This document shows, piece after piece, positions 56,758 to 64,000 of a stretch of DNA of 64,000 nucleotides. The stretch is from Actinomycetota bacterium (lineage in GTDB: Bacteria; Actinomycetota; Actinomycetes; Mycobacteriales; Mycobacteriaceae). A program made the translations under genes and the position numbers. How positions within the stretch are numbered: the stretch's first letter is position 1; each line of letters starts with the position of its first letter. The notes beneath the pieces were generated by a model that was not told where the DNA came from, ran no database searches, and saw only the letters and a list, made by a program, of their open reading frames with translations. The DNA lies in assembly GCA_034190095.1 (NCBI GenBank), contig JAXHTL010000002.1, forward strand, positions 8,374-72,373, given 5' to 3'.

Positions 56758-58262
56758 CTGCAGAGCAAGGGATGCAGCGAGGCACGCTGTGGGGCGTCGG
56801 GCTCGGGCCGGGCGACCCGGAACTGGTGACGGTGAAGGCTGCCCGGGTGATCGGGGCGGCCGACGTGGTCGCCTACCACAGCGCGCGTCATGGCCGCAGC
56901 ATCGCGCGCTCGATCGCCGAGCCGTACCTGCGTGACGGACAGATCGAAGAGCATCTGGTCTACCCGGTGACCACCGAGACCTCGGACCATCCAGGCGGAT
57001 ACGCCGGGGCGATCGAGGACTTCTACGCCGAGGCGGCCGAACGCATCGCCGCGCACCTCGACGCGGGCCGCGATGTCGCCCTGCTCGCCGAGGGCGATCC
57101 GCTGTTCTACAGCTCCTACATGCACATGCACACCCGGCTGACCGAGCGGTTCGACGCCGTGATCGTGCCCGGCGTGACGTCGGTCAGCGCGGCATCGGCG
57201 GCGGTGTCCACCCCGCTGGTCCAGGGTGACCAGGTGTTGACCATCCTGCCGGGCACGCTGCCCCCCGAGGAGCTGCGCAGGCGGCTCTCCGACACCGACG
57301 CCGCGGTGATCCTCAAACTCGGACGCTCCTATCCAGCTGTGCGCAAGGCACTTTCGGAATCCGGCCGACTCGCCGGAACGCACTACGTGGAACGGGCCAG
57401 CACCGCCGGGGAGCGGGTGCTGCCGGCCGCCGACGTCGACGACACCTCGGTGCCCTATTTCGCGCTGGCGATGATCGCCGGCGCCAGCCCCGGCGCCGCG
57501 CCGGCGGCGGGCACGGTGGCGGGCACGGTGGCGGTCGTCGGCCTGGGCCCCGGTGACCTCGACTGGATGACGCCGCAGACCCGCCAGGAGCTGTCCGCGG
57601 CCACCGACCTGATCGGCTACGGGCCCTACCTGGACCGCATCGGCGCCCGGGACGGCCAGCGCAGACACCCCAGCGACAACACCGACGAGCCGGCCCGGGC
57701 CCGGTTGGCGTGCTCGCTGGCCGAGCAGGGTCGCGCGGTCGCGGTCGTCTCCTCGGGGGACCCGGGAGTCTTCGCGATGGCCACCGCGGTGCTCGAGGAG
57801 GCCAAGCAGTGGCCCGGGGTCCAGGTACGGGTGATCCCGGCGATGACGGCCGCCCAGGCGGTGGCCAGCCGGGTGGGCGCCCCGCTGGGCCACGACTACG
57901 CGGTGATCTCACTGTCGGACCGCCTCAAGCCGTGGGAGGTCATCGCCGACCGACTGAAGGCGGCGGCGCAGGCCGACATGGTGCTGGCCATCTACAACCC
58001 CGCATCCAAGACCAGGACCTGGCAGGTGGGGGCGATGCGGGAGCTGCTGCTCGAGCATCGCGACCCGGGCACGCCGGTGGTGATCGGGCGCGATGTGTCC
58101 GGCCCCGGCGAGTCGGTGCGGGTGGTGGCGCTGTCCGACCTCGACCCCGCCGACGTCGACATGCGCTGCCTGCTCATCGTCGGGTCGTCGCAGACCCAGT
58201 GGTACGCGGGCGACAACGGCGCCGACCGGGTCTTCACACCTCGCCGCTACCCGCAGAATTGA
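56754..58262 (+). CDS. cobI: fused precorrin-2 C20-methyltransferase / precorrin-3B C17-methyltransferase (CobI-CobJ)
   Basis: ATG at 56754, 502 aa. Two tetrapyrrole-methylase domains begin at '[15 protein letters not shown]' and '[15 protein letters not shown]'. Confidence 0.9.
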   Translation: MTAEQGMQRGTLWGVGLGPGDPELVTVKAARVIGAADVVAYHSARHGRSIARSIAEPYLRDGQIEEHLVYPVTTETSDHPGGYAGAIEDFYAEAAERIAAHLDAGRDVALLAEGDPLFYSSYMHMHTRLTERFDAVIVPGVTSVSAASAAVSTPLVQGDQVLTILPGTLPPEELRRRLSDTDAAVILKLGRSYPAVRKALSESGRLAGTHYVERASTAGERVLPAADVDDTSVPYFALAMIAGASPGAAPAAGTVAGTVAVVGLGPGDLDWMTPQTRQELSAATDLIGYGPYLDRIGARDGQRRHPSDNTDEPARARLACSLAEQGRAVAVVSSGDPGVFAMATAVLEEAKQWPGVQVRVIPAMTAAQAVASRVGAPLGHDYAVISLSDRLKPWEVIADRLKAAAQADMVLAIYNPASKTRTWQVGAMRELLLEHRDPGTPVVIGRDVSGPGESVRVVALSDLDPADVDMRCLLIVGSSQTQWYAGDNGADRVFTPRRYPQN

Positions 58263-58308
58263 CAGTCGTCGCCCATCGTTGACAGTCGTCAGAACGGCGG
58301 GATAATGT
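58259..58308 (+). promoter_or_regulatory. promoter-like element with duplicated 12-bp direct repeat (candidate TetR operator plus -35/-10)
   Basis: TTGACAGTCGTC at 58259-58270 and again at 58279-58290 (20-nt period). The second TTGACA is followed at 16-18 nt by GATAATGT (58301-58308; TAATGT fits TANNNT). GGAAGG RBS and GTG at 58343 lie downstream. Confidence 0.5.
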
Positions 58309-58342
58309 CGCGCGTCACAGGCCCTCGAACGGAAGGCGCTGC

Positions 58343-58978
58343 GTGCAGCGAGGACTACCGGTCCGGTCGCCGACCGATCGGCGCCAACCACAGAAGAGCG
58401 ACCTGCGCCGCAGCGCGATCCTCGATTCCCTCGATCACCACCTGCGCGAGACGGGCTTCGACGGCATCAACATCGCCGACGTCGCCCGGCGCGCCGGGGT
58501 GACCCGGTCGGCGTTCTACTTCTACTTCGAGAACAAGGCCGCTGCGGTGGCCGCCCTGCTCGAGCCGATGTACGACGACGGCTTCATCGCCAGCGACATC
58601 CTGACCACCAGCACCGCACCGCCGCACCAGCGCATCCGGACCATGCTCGAGGCGCTGCTCGACACCGTCGAACAGCATCGCTACCTGCTGACTGCGATGC
58701 TCGACGCCAGGGCAACCAGCAGCGCCATCCGCCAGGTCTGGGACGAGGCCCGCGATTCCTTCGTGCCGTCGCTGGCAGCGATGATCGCGGCCGAACGCGA
58801 TGCCGGCCGCGCTCCCGACGGCCCGCCGACCGAGGTGCTGGCCGCGGTGCTGCTCGAGTTCAACGACCGGCTGCTCGAGCGCTACACCGTCGGTGGCCGG
58901 CTCACCCGCGACGAACTCCTCGACGGTGCGGAAGCCATCTGGGTGCGCACCATCTACGGGCACGTCGGCGAAGGCTGA
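58343..58978 (+). CDS. TetR-family transcriptional regulator
   Basis: 211 aa. HTH 'INIADVARRAGVTRSAFYFYFENKAA'. Confidence 0.85.
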   Translation: MQRGLPVRSPTDRRQPQKSDLRRSAILDSLDHHLRETGFDGINIADVARRAGVTRSAFYFYFENKAAAVAALLEPMYDDGFIASDILTTSTAPPHQRIRTMLEALLDTVEQHRYLLTAMLDARATSSAIRQVWDEARDSFVPSLAAMIAAERDAGRAPDGPPTEVLAAVLLEFNDRLLERYTVGGRLTRDELLDGAEAIWVRTIYGHVGEG

Positions 58979-59012
58979 TCGACGACTGCGACAAACAGCG
59001 AAAGGCGACAAT

Positions 59013-60077
59013 GTGACGATCCCCCGGAAACCCGAAGACATCACCGCACAGTGGCTGGCCTCGGTACTCGACACCGAGGTGTCGGCGGTCGATGTCAGCG
59101 CCATCGGCACCGGACAGACGGGTGCCACCTACCGCATCGTCGCCAGCTACCCGGACGGGCCGGGTGAGGCGCCGTCGACCTTCGCCGTCAAGCTGCCCGC
59201 CCTCGACGACGCCGTCCGCGAACGGGTGGCGCTGGGCTACGTGTCGGAGGTCGATTTCTACTCCAGCATCACCAAGGACGTCGCCATCCCCGTCCCCGGC
59301 TGCTTCTACAGCGAAATATCTTCCGACGGAGCCGATTTCGTGCTCTTGATGGCCGACATGGCTCCTGCTGTCCAGGGTGACCAGATCGCCGGGTGCGCCG
59401 AGGTCGAGGCCGAACTCGCCGTGGAGGCGCTCGCCGGGCTGCACGGCCCCAGCTGGGGGGACCGCCGCTGGTTCGACCTGCCCTCGATCGTCATGCCCAA
59501 ACCGGGTGATGCCGACGCCGCCAAGGGGCTCGGCGACATCTGCGTGATGGCCGCCGACATCACCCTGGACAAACTGGGCGACCGGGTCAGCGCCGAGGAC
59601 CGCGAGACCCTGACCACGTCGATGGGTCTGGTCGCGACGTGGCTGATGGCGGTGCCGGACCGCTTCTCGCTCATGCACGGCGACTACCGCCTGGACAACA
59701 TGCTCTTCGATCCGGAACGGACCCGGGTCACCGTGGTCGACTGGCAGACCATCGGCCTCGGGCTGCCCACCCGCGACCTGGCCTACTTCACCGCCACCAG
59801 CCTGCTGCCCGACGACCGCGCCGGCCTCGAACGCGGGCTGGTCGAGCGCTACCACCGCGCCCTCGTCGGCTACGGGGTGTCCGACTACGACCTCGAAACA
59901 TGCTGGCACGACTATCGGCTCGGGGTGCTGCAGGCGCCGCTGCTGACCACGCTGGGCTATGCGTTCGCGTCGTCGACAGAGCGGGGCGACGAGATGATCC
60001 TGACGATGCTGCACCGGGGTTGCCGCGCGATCCGGGAGCTGGACGCCGTCGAGCTGGTCAGGTCCTATCAGGCTTGA
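59013..60077 (+). CDS. APH/EcKL-type phosphotransferase
   Basis: GTG at 59013, 354 aa. 'MHGDYRLDNMLF', 'VVDWQT'. Paralogous to the kinase half of 10410-12401. Confidence 0.85.
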   Translation: MTIPRKPEDITAQWLASVLDTEVSAVDVSAIGTGQTGATYRIVASYPDGPGEAPSTFAVKLPALDDAVRERVALGYVSEVDFYSSITKDVAIPVPGCFYSEISSDGADFVLLMADMAPAVQGDQIAGCAEVEAELAVEALAGLHGPSWGDRRWFDLPSIVMPKPGDADAAKGLGDICVMAADITLDKLGDRVSAEDRETLTTSMGLVATWLMAVPDRFSLMHGDYRLDNMLFDPERTRVTVVDWQTIGLGLPTRDLAYFTATSLLPDDRAGLERGLVERYHRALVGYGVSDYDLETCWHDYRLGVLQAPLLTTLGYAFASSTERGDEMILTMLHRGCRAIRELDAVELVRSYQA

Positions 60078-61242
60078 TCGCCGCCCACTGGGTGATCGGC
60101 ATGGCCGGCCGCCAGCCGGTGAACGAACCCACCGGTTCGCCACGGTAGTGCTGGAACCTGCGCAGCTCACCGCCGAACCGCGAATGCTGCGCCACCAGCA
60201 CCGCTTCCGATTCCGCGGTGACCGCGTTGGCGACGAGCCGGCCGCCGGGTGCCAGGTGTTCCCAGCATGCGTCCATCAGCCCCGGCCGGCTGACACCGCC
60301 GCCGACGAACACGACATCCGGCGCCGCCGCCGGAAAGGCGTCCGGGGCGGCGGCGGCGACCTCGACGGGTACCCCGAACGCGGCCGCGTTGCGGGTGATC
60401 CGCGCGCGGCGGGCCTCGTCGCGCTCGAACGCGACGGCCCGGCAACCGGCGCCACCGAGGCACCACTCGACCGCGACACTGCCTGAACCCGCACCCACAT
60501 CCCAGAGCAACTCCCCGGGCCGCGGCGCGAGCGCCGCCAGGGTGACCGCCCGGATCATCTGCTTGGTGATCTGACCGTCGTGGGCGAACACGTCGTCGGG
60601 CAACGCCGCGAACCGGCGTTCGTCGGGGAGGTAGCGCACCGCCATCACGTTGAGGTCGTCGACGTCTCCCGGCGGGCGGGCGGCCCATTCCCGTGCGGTG
60701 GACGTGCGCCGCAGTTCCCTTGGCCCGCCGAGCTGTTCGAGCACCGTCAGCTCCGAGTCGCCCCGACCGGTGTCGGTGAGCAGACGCGCCAGTTCCGCCG
60801 GTGTCGCGGCGTCCCGGGAGAGCACAACGGCCTGTCCGCCGCGGCGCACCGCGGTGTGGGTTCCCGCGGTGACCAGGCTGATGATCTCGGTGTCCTGGAC
60901 CGACCAACCGACCCGCGAACAGGCCAGCGTCACCGACGACACATGCGGCAGCACCGCCACCCGATCGGGTCCGTGCAGCCGGATCAACGAGCTTCCCACC
61001 CCGTGCAGCAGCGGGTCCCCGCTGGCCACCACATGCACATCGGCATCGGTGTCCTCGCCGAGCGAGCGCAGCGCGGGCAGCATCGGCGACGGCCACGACC
61101 GCCGCTGCGCGGTGACGGTGTCGTCCAGCAGGCCGAGTTGCCGCGGGGCCCCGTAAACGACGGTGGCCCTGGCCAGTTCGGCCCGTGCGGCGGGCGCCAG
61201 CCCCGCCATCCCGTCGGCGCCGATCCCCACGACGACGATCAT
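60058..61242 (-). CDS. cobL: precorrin-6Y C5,15-methyltransferase (decarboxylating), CbiE/CbiT fusion
   Basis: 394 aa. TP-methylase half '[11 protein letters not shown]' and SAM-MT half 'LWDVGAGSGSVAVEW'. The 3' end overlaps the convergent kinase gene by 20 nt. Confidence 0.9.
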   Translation of the reverse strand: MIVVVGIGADGMAGLAPAARAELARATVVYGAPRQLGLLDDTVTAQRRSWPSPMLPALRSLGEDTDADVHVVASGDPLLHGVGSSLIRLHGPDRVAVLPHVSSVTLACSRVGWSVQDTEIISLVTAGTHTAVRRGGQAVVLSRDAATPAELARLLTDTGRGDSELTVLEQLGGPRELRRTSTAREWAARPPGDVDDLNVMAVRYLPDERRFAALPDDVFAHDGQITKQMIRAVTLAALAPRPGELLWDVGAGSGSVAVEWCLGGAGCRAVAFERDEARRARITRNAAAFGVPVEVAAAAPDAFPAAAPDVVFVGGGVSRPGLMDACWEHLAPGGRLVANAVTAESEAVLVAQHSRFGGELRRFQHYRGEPVGSFTGWRPAMPITQWAAIKPDRT

Positions 61243-62015
61243 CGGGGGAGCCTCCGCCAGGCGAACCTCGGCATCATCCGGAACGCGAACGCCAGCACCG
61301 CCAGCGCCGGGGGCACCCAGACCACATCGCGTCCCTTGCGCAGCGCGCGCACGGTGGCGTCGGCCACCTGCGCCGGGGTGCTCGACAGCGGGGCGGGCTT
61401 CATGCCCTGCGTCATCCGCCCGACCACGAAACCGGGCCGCACCAGCAGCAGCCGGACGCCCGAGCCGCGCAGGGCGTCGGCCAGCCCGCTGCAGAACCCG
61501 TCCAACCCGGCCTTGGCCGAGCCGTACACGTAGTTGGCGCGGCGGACCCGCACACCGGCGATCGACGAGAACGCGATCAACCGGCCCGAACCCGCCGCCC
61601 GCATGGTGGCGGCCAGCACTGTCAGCAGTGCGACCTGAGCCACGTAGTCGGTGTGGGCGATGGCGGCGGCATGGGCGGCGTCGGCCTCGGCCCGAGCCTG
61701 ATCACCGAGGGTGCCGAAGGCGAGAACCGCGGTGCCGATCGGCCCGTGCTCGGCGACGATCTGCTCGACCAGGCCGGGCTGGGCGGCCACGTCGTCGGCG
61801 TCGAAACCGACCGCGTGCACCGCCACGGCCCCCGCCTGCTCGAGGGCGTCCCGCTCGGCGGCCAGATCGTCGGGACGGCGCGCCGCCAGCACCACCGTCG
61901 CGCCGGGCGCCAGCCGCCTGGCGACCTCCAGCCCGATCTCACTGCGGCCGCCGAAGACCACAACGAGATCACCGGCGTCACCACCTTCACCGCGCCCGTC
62001 TGCCGTGTCCTTCAT
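61239..62015 (-). CDS. SDR oxidoreductase, DprE2-like (Rv2073c-type)
   Basis: ATG at 62015, 258 aa. '[17 protein letters not shown]', '[17 protein letters not shown]', 'LLVRPGFV' are colinear with DprE2 as I recall it. ATGA overlap with cobL. Confidence 0.8.
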   Translation of the reverse strand: MKDTADGRGEGGDAGDLVVVFGGRSEIGLEVARRLAPGATVVLAARRPDDLAAERDALEQAGAVAVHAVGFDADDVAAQPGLVEQIVAEHGPIGTAVLAFGTLGDQARAEADAAHAAAIAHTDYVAQVALLTVLAATMRAAGSGRLIAFSSIAGVRVRRANYVYGSAKAGLDGFCSGLADALRGSGVRLLLVRPGFVVGRMTQGMKPAPLSSTPAQVADATVRALRKGRDVVWVPPALAVLAFAFRMMPRFAWRRLPR

Positions 62016-62049
62016 GGCCGCGATTATCACCTGCGCTAGCGTGGACCCG

Positions 62050-62463
62050 ATGGCGAAGGCAACGACACGGCTGACCAACGACGCGCTGGCGTTTCTCACC
62101 GAGCGTCACCTGGCGATGCTGACCACCCTGCGGTCGGACCAGTCGCCGCACGTGGTGGCGGTGGGTTTCACCTTCGACCCGAAGACCCACATCGCCCGCG
62201 TCATCACCAGCGGCGGCTCCCAGAAGGCGGTCAATGCCGAACAGCGCGGTGTGGCCGTGCTCAGTCAGGTCGACGGTGCCCGCTGGTTGTCGTTGGAGGG
62301 CAAGGCCACCGTGCACACCGATGGCGAGGCCGTGCGCGACGCCGAACTGCGCTACGCCCAGCGGTACCGCACCCCGCGGCCCAACCCCAAGCGGGTGGTG
62401 ATCGAGGTCCGCGTGGAACGCGTGCTGGGCTCGTCGAGCCTGCTCGACCGCGGCACCGACTGA
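62050..62463 (+). CDS. PPOX-class F420-dependent oxidoreductase (Rv2074-like)
   Basis: ATG at 62050, 137 aa. '[26 protein letters not shown]'. Divergent from the DprE2-like gene, as in M. tuberculosis Rv2073c/Rv2074. Confidence 0.8.
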   Translation: MAKATTRLTNDALAFLTERHLAMLTTLRSDQSPHVVAVGFTFDPKTHIARVITSGGSQKAVNAEQRGVAVLSQVDGARWLSLEGKATVHTDGEAVRDAELRYAQRYRTPRPNPKRVVIEVRVERVLGSSSLLDRGTD

Positions 62464-62470
62464 GGGCCCC

Positions 62471-63610
62471 TCAGGACGCCGGCACCACCAGCAGGTCGTG
62501 CGGCCGGTTGTTCACCGGCATCGCCCCGTCGGCGGTGACGATGACGATGTCCTCGATTCGGGCCCCCCACTGCCCGGGGAAGTAGATGCCCGGTTCCACC
62601 GAGAACGCCATCCCCTCCTGCAACGCCAGGTCGTTGCCCGCGACGATGTAGGGCTCCTCGTGCACCGACAGCCCGATGCCGTGTCCGGTGCGGTGCACGA
62701 AGGCCTCGGCCATCCCCTCCGCGGCGAGCACGTCGCGCGCGGCGGCGTCGACCTGTTCGGCGGTGACGCCCGGGCGCACGGCGTCGACCGCGGCGCGCTG
62801 TGCGCGCTGCAGCACCGCGTAGCGGCGGGCCACCTCGGGGTCGGCCTCCCCGATGCTGTAGGTGCGGGTGGAGTCGGAGTTGTAGCCGGGTTCGTACGGG
62901 CCCCCGATGTCGACGACGACGATGTCACCGACGACCAGTCGCCGATCCGAGCATTCGTGGTGCGGGTCGGCGCCGTGCGGGCCGGATCCGACGATGATGA
63001 ACGCCACCTCCGAATGCCCTTCGGCAACAATGGCTTCGGCGATGTCCGCGGCGACGTCGGCTTCGGTGCGGCCGGGCACCAGGAACTCCGGCACCCGGGC
63101 GTGCACCCGGTCTATCGCCGCCCCGGCCTTGCGCAGCGCATCGATCTCGGCGGGGTCCTTGAGCATGCGCAGCCGCCGCAGAACGTCGGTGGCCAGCACC
63201 GGGACCCGACCGAGTGCGGCCGCCAGGGGCAACAGATGCAGCGCGGGCATCGCATCGGTGACCGCCACCTGCAGCGGTGGGGTTCCCAGCGCCTGTGCCA
63301 CCAGCGCGTAGGGGTCCTCGCCATCCACCCAGTCGCGGACCGCCAACCCGAGTTCGAGCACCGCCGACTCCTTCAGCGCCGCCAGCTCCAGCCGGGGCAC
63401 CACCAGCGACGGCTCTCCGGTCGCGGGAACGACCAGGGCGGTGAGGCGCTCGAAGGTCTGTGCGCGGGAGCCGACCAGGTAGCGCAGATCGTAGCCGGGG
63501 GTGATGACCAAGCCGGCCAGCCCGGCATCGGCGCTCCTGGCCGCCGCAGCCTGTAACCGGTCCCGATAGACGGTGGCGTCGAACCTGGACACGCCTGCAC
63601 TCGAACTCAT
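62471..63610 (-). CDS. M24-family Xaa-Pro dipeptidase/aminopeptidase
   Basis: 379 aa. Metal ligand blocks 'VVVDIGG', 'HRTGHGIGLSVHEEP', 'FSVEPGIY'. Confidence 0.9.
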   Translation of the reverse strand: MSSSAGVSRFDATVYRDRLQAAAARSADAGLAGLVITPGYDLRYLVGSRAQTFERLTALVVPATGEPSLVVPRLELAALKESAVLELGLAVRDWVDGEDPYALVAQALGTPPLQVAVTDAMPALHLLPLAAALGRVPVLATDVLRRLRMLKDPAEIDALRKAGAAIDRVHARVPEFLVPGRTEADVAADIAEAIVAEGHSEVAFIIVGSGPHGADPHHECSDRRLVVGDIVVVDIGGPYEPGYNSDSTRTYSIGEADPEVARRYAVLQRAQRAAVDAVRPGVTAEQVDAAARDVLAAEGMAEAFVHRTGHGIGLSVHEEPYIVAGNDLALQEGMAFSVEPGIYFPGQWGARIEDIVIVTADGAMPVNNRPHDLLVVPAS

Positions 63611-63648
63611 CCCGCCAGCCTAACGGCGGCCATGTCTACCATCACGGG

Positions 63649-64000
63649 GTGCAACAGTGGGAGCTCGAGGCCCGTGAACTCATCCGCGACACGCTGGCCC
63701 GCTATACGTGGAGCGGCGACAGCGGGCGCCTCGACGAGCTGGCGGCCGCCTTCTGCGCCGACGGGGTGCTCGAGATCCGCGGGCAGCAGCCGCTGAGCGG
63801 GCGCGCCGCGATCGTCGGAGCCTTGCGCGCGGTGGCCGACCAGCCCGCCGCAGCCGGGGGCACCCGGCGCATCGTGCGACACAACCTGGCGAACATCCGG
63901 TTCGCGGACCTGACTCCACGCCGGGCGCTGGTGTCGTCGTACTTCACCGTGTTCACCGAGATCGGCCTGGACCACTATGGGCGCTACCGCGACGAGTTCG
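63649..64000 (+). CDS. SnoaL-like/NTF2-fold protein, 3' end outside window
   Basis: GTG at 63649 opens a frame that runs to the window edge. 'ELIRDTLARYTWSGDSGRLDELAAAFCADGVLEI'. GC3-rich. Not in the ORF track because no stop lies in the window. Confidence 0.55.
   Translation, partial: MQQWELEARELIRDTLARYTWSGDSGRLDELAAAFCADGVLEIRGQQPLSGRAAIVGALRAVADQPAAAGGTRRIVRHNLANIRFADLTPRRALVSSYFTVFTEIGLDHYGRYRDEF

Noticed and set aside
12896-62099. N-terminal extensions of many track ORFs (starts at 12896, 14550, 23714, 25304; minus-strand 5' ends at 26952, 28478, 29251, 29910, 33793; 32871; 36332; 42188; 50187; 56349; 58800; 62099; 61711)
   Set aside because: The extensions are Arg/Pro/Gly-rich, overlap neighbouring genes and precede an internal start with an RBS or a family-typical N-terminus. 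The coordinates were trimmed accordingly.
1-64000. Search by eye for tRNA, rRNA, CRISPR, IS transposase, integrase or toxin-antitoxin pairs in the intergenic gaps
   Set aside because: Nothing convincing was found. The gaps are short (mostly under 150 nt) and lack cloverleaf-like or repeat-spacer structure. A tRNAscan, Infernal or ISfinder run would be needed to exclude them formally.

Overview
High-GC actinobacterial chromosome segment with clear mycobacterial synteny: rbpA, ppm1, lnt, amidohydrolase, fxsA, Rv2061c-type PPOX, cobN, then cobG-cobH-cobIJ, cobL, a DprE2-like SDR and an Rv2074-like PPOX. ppm1 and lnt are separate genes, as in fast-growing mycobacteria. I call about 62 protein genes. 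I saw no rRNA, tRNA, CRISPR array, transposase or integrase. Most of the window is core or metabolic: F420-linked enzymes, a potABCD-type polyamine importer, a copper amine oxidase, a type-B carboxylesterase, MFS/EamA/Kef transporters, TetR/LysR regulators and a GGDEF protein. The stand-out is a translationally coupled two-gene module at 6838-10261 (+). It encodes a 699-aa polytopic membrane protein with an unrecognisable ~230-aa soluble C-terminal domain. An 11-nt overlap joins it to a 444-aa stand-alone reverse transcriptase that carries the full RT motif set (catalytic YNDD). The RT shows no group II intron, retron or DGR hallmarks. A canonical hairpin plus T-tract terminator follows the pair. 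A membrane-anchored RNase T2-family gene is transcribed divergently from it. I regard this as a candidate RT-based, defence-like system that I cannot assign to a described class by reading alone. Secondary observations are listed here. (1) A kinase (APH/EcKL-like) plus beta-rich partner domain occurs once fused (10410-12401) and once split (26703-28948); the split copy sits next to a TetR gene and a perfect palindromic operator. (2) A rifamycin-phosphotransferase-like PEP-utilising enzyme. (3) A DoxX protein with about ten 11-aa tandem repeats. (4) A wHTH-alpha/beta-hydrolase fusion. (5) A DUF222-HNH (REP13E12-like) gene wedged against cobN. (6) A TetR-kinase cassette inside the cob cluster with a duplicated TTGACAGTCGTC promoter element. 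All domain calls come from motif reading, not from searches.
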